NCBI GenBank assembly: GCA_964270895.1
Contig: OZ185441.1
Length of the DNA stretch: 64,000 nucleotides
Source: Podarcis filfolensis
Taxonomy: Eukaryota
Direction: 5' to 3' (one strand)
The notes under the pieces were generated by a model. The model was not told where the DNA came from and made no database searches. It worked only from the letters and a program-made list of their open reading frames with translations. A program made the translations under genes and the position numbers. This document shows positions 54,600 to 64,000 of the stretch, one piece after another (positions within the stretch are counted from its first letter, which is position 1; each line of letters starts with the position of its first letter).

Positions 54600-55530
54600 C
54601 TATTGACACCAGAAATCCCTAATCGGCTATGCACCGCTTCGGGGCTCCACGGGAAAAAGAAAGGGGAGTCGAGCTTGCAAATACAAAGAATGTGAGGAGT
54701 GTTTTGAGGCGCGGGTGGGGGGAGGCGTTGCTCCTCTTTCCCAAGGCGCTTCCAACAAAGCCAAAATTCCCATAGTCGAGAAACGGGTGCACCCCGGTCG
54801 GTTTCCTTTTCTCTCGGGGTCCCGATAGCCGAACTGGGGTTCGGGGGGGAGGTGGAGGGGGAGAGGCAGACTCCGGCGGGGAAAGGCCACAGCCTCCGTA
54901 TATTTCTTTCTGGTTTTATCCCCGCCGCTCCCCACCGGCTGCTTGAGGAAGGGCAGGAGGATTGTCATTTACCTCTTGAGGAGAAGGAGGAGGAGGTCGG
55001 CCAATTTGCCCCCCTCACAGGACGAGGCGCTTAGTGGGCCCCGGGTGGGCGAGCGAGGCGGCAGCGGCGGCGCGCGCGAACAAAGTGGCGGGGGGAGGGG
55101 GAGGGCTCCGCTCGAGGCAGCGTCGGTGTCACCCGCGCAGGTTCCTCATGTCACCCGGCCGGCGCCGAATAACACTGAGCGAGAGAGAGAAAAGGGAAGC
55201 GACTAGAACGCCTCCTCATATCCGGGTATCACGCCAGCCCAAGGGCGCTCGTAGAATGGCTTTCCAGGAGGATCTCCGGTTCCCGATTACAGCGCTCACA
55301 CTCCTCCATGTGCGGGGCAAGGAAGCGAAATTTCTATTTACTTATGAAAAACCCATTCAAGATTGAAAGGTTACGAGCCCTCCTTTCCGCTGCACTGCTT
55401 TGAAATAATTCTGTCTTTGACTCCGGGAAATGATTACATCCTTGCCAAAAAGCAACAACTGAAGGGCAACGGCTTAGAGGAAGGCCGGGCGAAAGTGTTC
55501 CACTGATTTCCGCCAACTGCCTCACAAGAA
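54600..55530 (-). promoter_or_regulatory. ESCO1: CpG island: ESCO1 promoter and first exon
   Basis: Dense CpG/GC sequence about 2.6-3.5 kb upstream of the first coding exon; candidate exon-1 donor GAG|gtaaat at 54973/54972; TSS position not determinable. Confidence 0.8.
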
Positions 55531-55791
55531 CCAGGCGCACTGAGTGTTTTTGTTTTTTTGAAAAAAGTAAAATGTTTATTTCTTTTGAAATAACCACCCA
55601 GCTGCATTCATGCAAAAACCATTTCTCTGCCTTCTACTGCACCCGACAAGAGTCAGTTCTATTTCCAAACCCCAGAGTTCTGTTCGAGTAACCAATCAAG
55701 AAAAAGTATTGTTTGTTGTGGAGGAGTGGGTTATGGCTGCCTAAGCACAGCCATCCGCTGCCCAGTGTACCTCCATCATTCTTACCCTAAC

Positions 55792-56477
55792 CAGTGCCAG
55801 ATTTAGGTATAAGCTAAACAAGCTATAGCTTAGGGCCCCACTCACTTGGAGGCCCCCAAAAAATGTAAAGGAAAAAAACCCTGGATGTACATTTCCAAAA
55901 TATAAGGTAAAAAATAAAACCTACATACAGCAACAGTGTTTTGTGTTGTGTAGTATGATGTAAGTAATGGCCCCTGCCTGCTAGTCTGCTTCCTAAAATA
56001 TCAGTGGTTTGCTCATTTCTATATATAGGGGGCCTACATTCTGCATGTGCAAATGGCTTTAGATACCTATTAGGTCCATAAATTACCATATAGCATATCC
56101 AGTTACAGATAGGTAGCCGTGTTGGTCTGCCATAGTCAAAACAAAAAAAAAAAATTTCCTTCCAGTAGCACCTTAAAGACCAACTAAGTTAGTTCTTGGT
56201 ATGAGCTTTCGTGTGCATGCACACTTCTTCAAAGACATTGAATACACAAAGTGTGTATCTGAAGAAGTGTGCATGCACACGAAAGATCATACCAAGAACT
56301 AACTTAGTTGGTCTTTAAGGTGCTACTGGAAGGAAAAAAATTTTTTTGTTTTGCATATAGCATATATTCAACACAAAATAGAACGACAATTTGTTGTTGA
56401 CAAAAGGCAACTGGACATATAAAGGATCCCATTACCTTCAGTAGCTTAGGGCCTCGTCAAACCTAAATCCGGCCCCG
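55792..56477. mobile_element. Non-autonomous DNA transposon (hAT-like TIRs) carrying a nested insertion
   Basis: CAGTGCCAGATTTAGG vs reverse complement CGGGGCCGGATTTAGG (13/16); subterminal AGCTTAGGGCC at 55827 and 56443; no clean TSD. Confidence 0.55.
56099..56353. mobile_element. Inverted-repeat insertion resembling Penelope-like element ends
   Basis: Arms 56156-56230 and 56261-56335 (74/75 identical); CATATAGCATAT direct repeats at 56087-56098 and 56354-56365; family assignment from recall. Confidence 0.7.
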
Positions 56478-57135
56478 CCTACTGCCGAAGGAGTCGAAAG
56501 ACTGCGTTGAGAAACCAGAAGTATGATGGCGGCTGGAAAGTCTTGTTGCTTTAGCCTCCCTTTGCGAAGACACCGTTTTAGTCCCGCCCCCAAAGCGCTG
56601 CCAGCTGACACCTGACAGTCACGCTTACTGCTGCCCGAAAAGCCTCGTAGCGTCTGGGCCGGATATCCGGCGACGAGCTTTCTAAGAAGCACCTGCGCAT
56701 GAGCAGTTGAAGGCAGTTGTCTTGTTCGGGTGGCTGTTCGTTCCTTTTCATCTCCCTCCAAAGCTCGGTGTTCCAAACACACTGTGCACACTCGGACTGT
56801 TCCTTGTGGGAGCCTGGGGTCCCGGCGTACATACGTATAATGTATATGTATATACATCTGCAAACCTCATATATATATATACACACACTTCTGCAAACCC
56901 TGAGTCTTCCCACGCCTTTCTCTTTTGTAGCTTCGGCTTCATACGGGCAGGCACTAGAGAGAATTAAATTCGCAATTATATGCTGTAAGCCTTTTCATAT
57001 AACGGAATTGTACCCTCCATCCACCGATGAGAGACTGCGGCACTACAGCGACCTCTTACTGCTCTCGTCAAGAAAATGTAGTGTTTAAAGGGGCTTACTC
57101 CAGGAAAGCGTGTGTAAGGAGTGCTGTATACGAAA
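56478..57135. promoter_or_regulatory. Second CpG-rich promoter-like segment without an identifiable gene
   Basis: About two dozen CpGs in 56478-56840; YY1-like ATGGCGGC 56526, GC box 56581, NRF1-like TGCGCATGAGCA 56694-56705. Confidence 0.55.
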
Positions 57136-57618
57136 AGATTTATCTTTATTTTCTGGTTAGTGTTAAAATCACTTAGCAATTTATTGTGCCCTGGGGGGGA
57201 ACAGGTCAAACGAATGGCATAGCAGTGCTCTTAGTTCTACAAAGTAGGTAGAACTGAAAAAAGGTTGGGGATTGTTTGTAGTGCAGTATTTGAATATTGA
57301 GAATTAAGAAAACACTACATGAATAGAATTATAAACATAAGTAACTTCATAAACAAAACAAGTAGTTTGGGAACAGTTCTGGTTTTAGAAAGTATTTTTT
57401 TATAATAGAAAACTACTGAATTTCTTGATTTGGCAATACTGGGAAGATAACTGAATTTGTACTGTATTTCAATGCTAATGTCCCCATAACACACAACTCT
57501 GTTATAATCCCATACAGTTGATAATCCCACCAATTTCACTTAGACTTCTAACCCAAGAAAGGATTGAATGGATTTTCCCTGGAGAAAAGTCCCAATTAAG
57601 TCAATGTACTTCACTTTT

Positions 57619-57977
57619 AGGGACACGGGTGGCACTGTGGGTTAAACCACAGAGCCTAGGACTTGTCAGTCAGAAGGTTGGCGGTTCAATCCCCGCAACA
57701 GGGTGAGCTCCCATTGTTCGGTCCCTGCTCCTGCCAACCTAGCAGTTCGAAAGCACGTCAAAAGTGCAAGTAGATAAATAGGTACCGCTCCAGCGGGAAG
57801 GTAAACGGCGTTTCCGTGTGCTGCTCTGGTTCGCCAGAAGCGGCTTAGTCATGCTGGCCACATGACCCAGAAGCTGTACGCCGGCTGCCTTGGCCAATAA
57901 AGCGAGATGAGCGCCGCAACCCCAGAGTTGGCCACAACTGGACCTAATGGTCAGGGGTCCCTTTACCTTTTTTACCG
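57619..57977 (+). mobile_element. Full-length Sauria-type SINE with 13-bp TSD
   Basis: GTACTTCACTTTT at 57606-57618 and 57978-57990. Confidence 0.92.
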
Positions 57978-59697
57978 GTACTTCACTTTTGCTTCTATAG
58001 AAATGAATAGCAACAGTCTGCTTTATTAGTTTCAAGGCTCAAACTGAAAGCAAGTCTTGCTGTAGTCAGTGCATGTAGGATGGAAATCTTCGTCCAAAAT
58101 CTGTCAATAATCAAGTTAACTTTAGAATTAAGCAGTATGACTCCGTTTCAAAGTATCTTATATGAAAGGCTTTGGAGCATATGTTTTCTGGCTTTAAATT
58201 CTTCATTGTCATCATATTAACAAGACAATACATTCTCAGACTCTTTTTTTGAGGTCTTGTTTCTAAAGCACTGTTCAGGGAGTCAGTGAATGAAAACTTC
58301 CAGCAGCTGCTGGTTTATGAGGACTATTTTAGTAAGAGGATTATTTAATAACTTGTTTTAGAGAATAATTGATATCTCTCCCACATGCCGCTTGATTTTG
58401 CAACCAGTGCATTCTACTGCGGAGAAGAAGCAGGTTTAAAAGCTTCAGAATCTGTTACAAGGAAACCAGGGATGATGCGTGATAATTCATGATAATAGGG
58501 ATGGGGCAGAGGGATGGGCCAACACCTGCTCCCTTCACCCACCGCAAACAACTTTTAGCTCCCTGTTAAGTCCTCTGTATGGGCTGTCCAGCAGAATACC
58601 AGAGGTGGAACTGTGCCTTAGACAGCAATGTAGAAGGAAGCAAATTTACTTGTATTGCTTCACTATTCCATTCTGTTAATATGAATAGAAGAATTTGTGT
58701 ATCTGGAAATGTGGGAAATGGGCTGTATTTACTCAGGAGGAGATCATTCTTGAATATTACTCCACTACATAGGAAACAGTGGAGGGACAAAGTAAGAAAA
58801 CATTCCAGGGCATAGTCTCAAATTCAAAACCTCCTGAAAAATATTTACATTTATTCCTGAAACTGTTTCTATTCCCAGTGGGATGGAGAGTGAGACTGAA
58901 AATAATCCAGTGATGCCATTCAGCCTGGGGCAATTATACTTTGTATTAAATATTTCCTAATCTTTCTAATGAGAAGCTTAGTTTTCCTTCTATGAAACAT
59001 ACTTTACATACAAACTTTACCTGCTATTGCACAGAAAATTAAACGAATATGTTTCTTTAAAAATGTAATTTATTTCCATTCTGCATTTCAACATAAAACA
59101 TCTGGTATAAATATAAATGTTATTAAGTTAATTAACAATGTTTAAAAAGTAAGACATATATGGCATCAACATAAATGAAAAAGCAGTACATATAATCCCC
59201 ATAGGGTCTAAAGTGCTGTAATGCTATTGTAGCCCATGGCTAAAGTTAATGATGGCTTTTTAAACTCCTATTTGCATTACTTTTAAAATCTTCCTAAAGC
59301 ATTTCCTCCATAAGTGCCCTTAGAGACAAGCCCACTTCATGTATTACAATAGAATCATGATTTTGAATGTTATGTGCATGTGAACAAGTATGCAAGATTC
59401 CTAAATAAATTATCTAAATAAATAAAAAACCTGAGTAATTTTTATTGGTTTACTTACATGGTTTTGGTTAAGTGCAATTTAATGTGTGCAGAGTATTCTT
59501 TTTATTTAAGGTCATTCTTATAAGGCATGTTAAAATAAAAAAGTAACTATATTGCAAAATTATCAAAGCAAACTATATTTCGCTCCTAATAATGGATTTC
59601 ATCCATTTGCTGGCTTATTTGCTAAATCGTGTGCATTAAGCTTCGTTACCCTGATCATAATATGCCGCTGTGCTGCAGTCATGGTTCTGATAAGTTG

Positions 59698-59876
59698 CTA
59701 TATGTTAAGGATTTTGCTTCCGTGCTCAAACACAGCTTGAACAAATTGTCTGAAGACTCTGTCCATGTATGTGCATCTTCTTGGCCACAGTCCTTCCAGA
59801 AAACCAATATGGCCTCCACAAGAAGTAAGAATCAAAGCCACATTAGGATTTTGTTTTGCAATTTCTACTGGTATGG
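59698..59876 (-). CDS. ABHD3: Phospholipase ABHD3, last exon with TAG stop (catalytic His, GGHIGF)
   Basis: tag|; 179 nt; IPVEIAKQNPNVALILTSCGGHIGFLEGLWPRRCTYMDRVFRQFVQAVFEHGSKILNI*. Confidence 0.95.
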
Positions 59877-60232
59877 CTAAAGAAATAAGGGAACAAAGTA
59901 TAAGCTCCCATCCCAACATTTCTCTCTCATAACTATCATTCAGTCTATAACACAATGAATGTTTTGGGTGAAGTGCAGTTCTGCTGTCAGCAGAATGCAG
60001 CTTTAAAAGATCAATTTTATGAAGACCAGTTTTGGCAATATAAGTTTTAACTGAGCTATGACGTACAAAAGTCTGGGGTTCTGGGTTGCTAAAGGTTATA
60101 TTTTCATTTTACATAATTAAAAATAGAGCCAGCCAGAGATGTTACACAGTAACAAAAAATCAAGAATTATGACACATGCTTTATGTAAGGCTTCTTTTTC
60201 TGACTATGAAGTCAGAGGACCTTCTCGCTAGT

Positions 60233-60378
60233 GACGCCCTCCCTTCAGATGTCAAGGAGATAAAGAATTATACAACTTTTAGAAGACACCTGAAGGCAGC
60301 CCTGTATCGGGAGGTTTTTAAGGCTTGATGTTTTTATTACGTTTTTAGATATTTTGTAAGCCACCCATAATTATTATT
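60233..60378 (+). mobile_element. Short L2-type 3' end
   Basis: Near reverse complement of part of 10775-11120 (gatgtcaaggagataaagaattatacaacttttagaagacacctgaaggcagccctg). Confidence 0.75.
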
Positions 60379-60545
60379 ATATACCCTTTATTGGTGCAAT
60401 ATTTGGCGACTTGTGCGTTGAGTGGAACACCATAAGAAAATTACACTCCACACCCAGTTCTGTACTAACTTCTCATTCTGTTTCGGACACAACTCAATCG
60501 CAGAGGTCAACCAACAGCATCTTCTTAAAAGGGGGGAAAACTTAC

Positions 60546-60711
60546 CATGGTTTGGTGAGAAGACATCATCCATAGCATTTAAGCACAACACTGGAATTCC
60601 AATTCTCTTCAGTCTACGGCATGGACTAGCATCTGCATAGTAATCCTCGATTGTAGGGTAGCCAAACATGACTGAGGTGAACTGCTTATCAAATTCCCTA
60701 ATGGTCTTAGC
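60546..60711 (-). CDS. ABHD3: ABHD3 coding exon (catalytic Asp region, NAMDDVF)
   Basis: cag|..|gtaagt; 166 nt; AKTIREFDKQFTSVMFGYPTIEDYYADASPCRRLKRIGIPVLCLNAMDDVFSPNH. Confidence 0.95.
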
Positions 60712-60799
60712 CTGAAGTACAGAATTCAAGTAAAGGATTTATGTAAGTGTTAGTAAAAATAAAAACACGAAGTGAAATACAAATGGCTAACCCTCATAC

Positions 60800-60848
60800 C
60801 TTCATGACAAGGTTCATATTGAACAGCTTATCAAACATTTCCCGATGT
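60800..60848 (-). CDS. ABHD3: ABHD3 small coding exon
   Basis: cag|..|gtatga; 49 nt, phase 2-0; HREMFDKLFNMNLVMK. Confidence 0.9.
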
Positions 60849-61027
60849 CTGTAAAATAAATAGAGATCTGAGAGTAACCACATGAGCAAAAATAGCCGAA
60901 GATGACAGCTTTCACTTGGGTACTGCTTCCTTCAACACACCATAACATATTTGACATGACTGGCAATGAACCTGAATTGCATGCTAATATATTATGGTCT
61001 TTGACAATGGATGTGAGGTTGACTCAC

Positions 61028-61201
61028 CTAATAATTGAAGATTGTAGACAGCTGGTTAAGTAGTAATTAAAGAGAAGCCAGTTCACTGGCTTTTCCAGTG
61101 AGTCTGCAGATTCAAAAACATTCCATCCTGCTGAAAAAATTGCAGCTGCCTTCAGTGGTGTTTCTCTGCCAGTTTTGCCCAAATAATTTAAAAGGAGCAT
61201 G
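61028..61201 (-). CDS. ABHD3: ABHD3 coding exon
   Basis: tag|..|gtgagt; 174 nt; MLLLNYLGKTGRETPLKAAAIFSAGWNVFESADSLEKPVNWLLFNYYLTSCLQSSII. Confidence 0.95.
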
Positions 61202-61663
61202 CTACAAACAAGAGATAAACAAATAGGTAAAAAGAAGAATAAATCACAAATGAAAATACCTCAGTCCTAAACATTTGTAGTAGGAGATGAAGCGCTGAAA
61301 CTAGTCAAGGCAATACTAGCCATCATGTGCATGGCATTGTGGGGCCAAACATTTTAATATGCTTCCATCATGGCTTATGATAAGGATAATAACCTTGAAA
61401 CTTTCAACCAACTAAATGAAAAGTTTACCTGAACTCACTGGATTGATATCTGACTCAATCTGAAGAAAGCTGTCGTGGGTATTAGCGTATGTGTGTTTTT
61501 CCCTGAGTGCTTTGGATATATTATTGCAGTATTTCTTGCACAAACTCTGCTTGGTAGTCAACAATATTATTTCCCCAAGTAGGGACCTATGGAAAAAAAC
61601 TCATGCAAATGGAGATGCAATTTCTGCCTACTTCCTGCTCCTCCCATAGTTTGCCACACTGTA

Positions 61664-61909
61664 TGTTATGTACTGAAGTTCTTACCCTGGGCCAGCAGGG
61701 GGATACTGTAGATAGTTATGCAAATGAAGGATCGAAAGTGACGTTCAGTGATTGGATAGTTTTAGAAAATTGTTACAATTATGTGTACTGGAGCTCTATA
61801 TAAGCAGGCTGACTGAGCCCTTCAGCTCAGTTCTGTTCTGGCCTCTGAATAAAGAAGAGCTGTTTGAAGAATCGCTGTGTCGTCTGATATGTTCACCCAC
61901 AACTTAACA
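61664..61909 (+). mobile_element. Solo LTR, 246 bp
   Basis: TGTTA...TAACA termini; 5-bp flanks CTGTA / CTATA; TATATAAG 61797 and AATAAA 61848. Confidence 0.8.
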
Positions 61910-63126
61910 CTATACTCCACACTATCCCCAATATCTCCACCACCTCAGGATCAATTTTTCAAAGGCACTGGGGTTACAGTGTAAAGGAACGGGAAGGACA
62001 GCCCATTCTACAGGCAAAAGATAGATCACAGCCAATCAGGGTTTGTTTTTTTGTTGCTTCTGCGAGACTAACATATTAGTATCAGCAGCAGCAATTTTTG
62101 TCATTCCTCTGGGGCCATTTTATGTGTAAGGTTGTGTATACAATATAGACTGTATGTGGCAAACATTTTTGCTTCCCTATGATGTCTGAAAAGGTCTTGT
62201 AAAAGTTTTTAGTGTTAGCTGGCCTGGTGCCGCTCTTTTGAAGAACGACAAAGTCTGGGTAAGGATAAATGTGTTCCAGTTTACAGCTGATGGTTCATAT
62301 GCACAATAAAACAGATAAAAATGTAGGGGAAGAAAACATTTCTTTGCTGCCTCCCTTTTATACAAATCTTTTATACAAATTTTATACAAATTCTTTAATA
62401 AACAAACAGACTAGTGTACAAGGCTTTTGATTATGTGTTTGTGTCTTAGAAGTCTCCCACTAACAATAACCAAATCCCTAAGGAATATAAACAGTTACAC
62501 AGAGCTGACTGCCTCAGGTAAGCAGCAAAGCATCTCTCCCTCATGGTACTATAACCCTATGAAAATGACTTGTAAACCAACTGCCATAATCAAACCCAGA
62601 AAAGAAGGAATATGACTGGCCCAATACAATAAACGGTATCACAAGATGTAGGTCACATCCCACGATTCTGAAGACTGGTTACATTAATCATATTAATCAT
62701 ATCCTACAATCACACAAGATGTATGTAATAATAAAATACTGATTACTATCCTGCAGATGTCTTTAATTCAGGTCTGAGGTTTATAAATAAAATGCTGCTT
62801 AAATGTTCAAACATAGCTCCCACTAGTCATATGTGCCAATTATTGTCACTTGTTTTCTGAGAGCTACCATCAGTTCCAGCAAATAAACTTGTAAGTGATT
62901 ATGGTAAACAAAAGCATATGATGTGGAAGGTTCAATGAGAAAAATCACTCTTCCCCTGTAAAACTCTCTTTCAAGAAGAAGTAGAAACATGATGGAAAAT
63001 TAGACTTAGTACATTTCCCATGGAGTCTGTGCTGTGTATGCAGAATCTTTATTGAGGGCCTTTGCAAATTGGTTTCTAATGACCACAGAGCTACACTACT
63101 GGGATTTATGTTGCATAAATACTTAC

Positions 63127-63239
63127 CCTCCCATAGAAACACCTGCTGCCATCAACGGAGCTGAGGAGTACAAGTTGTGTACATAATGAATAACAGTTTC
63201 CAAATCCTCTGTATTAGCAGCACAGTAAGTCCTTGGGGT
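63127..63239 (-). CDS. ABHD3: ABHD3 coding exon with nucleophile motif GVSMG(G); upstream exons outside window
   Basis: cag|..|gtaagt; 113 nt; TPRTYCAANTEDLETVIHYVHNLYSSAPLMAAGVSMG. Confidence 0.95.
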
Positions 63240-64000
63240 CTGTAAGAAACCAAAAGTGGGAAAGAGTACAATAAACACTTGTTTTGCCTTTCAGCCAAGG
63301 CCAACGCAGCACCAGGTTGGTTGATACAGCAATATAATACGAAAAGATTAACACACGCGCCAATGACATTTGTAGAAGTTATGATATTCAATGAGGTAAG
63401 ATTTCAAGTGCATTCACTTTTAGTATTAAAAGCAGCACTACTAAAATTTTACAAACTCCCTCTCCCCGCTACACTAAAACTTTTGCAAAGCAATTAAATC
63501 CTACTAAGCTCACAATATGTTAAGGAAATGTATTCTACAAAAGATGTGTATTTGTAATTAGGCTTAGGAGCCCAGTTACAAATCAGTGCACACAGTTAGA
63601 TGCAATAACTGTTGCACTGGTGTCCAAAGTTGATTGAGAGTACCGTAACAGCGTACAGAAGCATAGCAACACTGGCAAGAGCCATCTCCACTAAAACCAT
63701 TGTACACAAAGTTCTTGCACAGTGCAGAATTGTACAGAAAAGGAGCATGTGGGTAACTCATCTGTACCACTTCCTAAAGGCACTTTGTACCACAACCTAG
63801 GATAAACCAATAAAAGCTTTCAGCTGGATCGCTGCTGCCATAGCAAGGTAGCATAGACCTGCCCCACTTGACCTGTGGAACAATGAAGTTGTAAGGGTGC
63901 TGACGCCTACTGCTTGATATCCCATGATGACTTATTATAATGGTCATATAACATGTTTTAATATTTAAACAATGTGCTTTTTTCTTTGAAGCTCAAAATA

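Noticed and set aside
54627-55615. Several 60-113 aa ORFs in the CpG island, and others at 56438-57088
   Set aside because: GC-rich sequence is depleted of stop codons; low-complexity translations with no homology
55399-55700. TTTGAA (CHR-like) hexamers and a CCAAT box upstream of ESCO1
   Set aside because: Short motifs common in AT-rich DNA; position relative to the TSS unknown
56758-56774. AAGCTCGGTG resembling SNRPD1 exon 1 (ATGAAGCTCGTGAG)
   Set aside because: Only about 7 nt match, no ATG; chance level without an alignment

Overview
Vertebrate genomic DNA, most likely from a squamate (lacertid-type) lizard, judged from Sauria-type SINEs, a tRNA-headed SINE resembling Squam3, and L2, Penelope and hAT repeats. 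Three intron-containing genes were reconstructed by hand from splice sites and continuous reading frames. (1) The 3' 21 coding exons of GREB1L on + (2012-33295; 4031 nt including stop; one GC-AG intron). (2) A complete ESCO1 CDS on - (9 coding exons, 38194-52022, 1007 aa) with a CpG-island promoter near 54.6-55.5 kb and candidate 5'UTR exons. (3) The last 5 coding exons of ABHD3 on - (59698-63239). Introns hold many short TE insertions, several nested with intact target-site duplications (TSDs). Most notable: SNRPD1, which lies between ESCO1 and ABHD3 in human, is not detectable, and a gene-less CpG-rich promoter-like segment sits where it would begin. ESCO1 carries about 190 extra basic N-terminal residues compared with human. 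A 75-bp-arm inverted repeat lies inside a DNA transposon next to the ESCO1 promoter. A solo LTR with a compact promoter cassette lies antisense in an ABHD3 intron. No prokaryotic-type system, CRISPR array, rRNA or functional tRNA gene is supported. Orthologue comparisons rely on my recollection of the human proteins; no database search was run.
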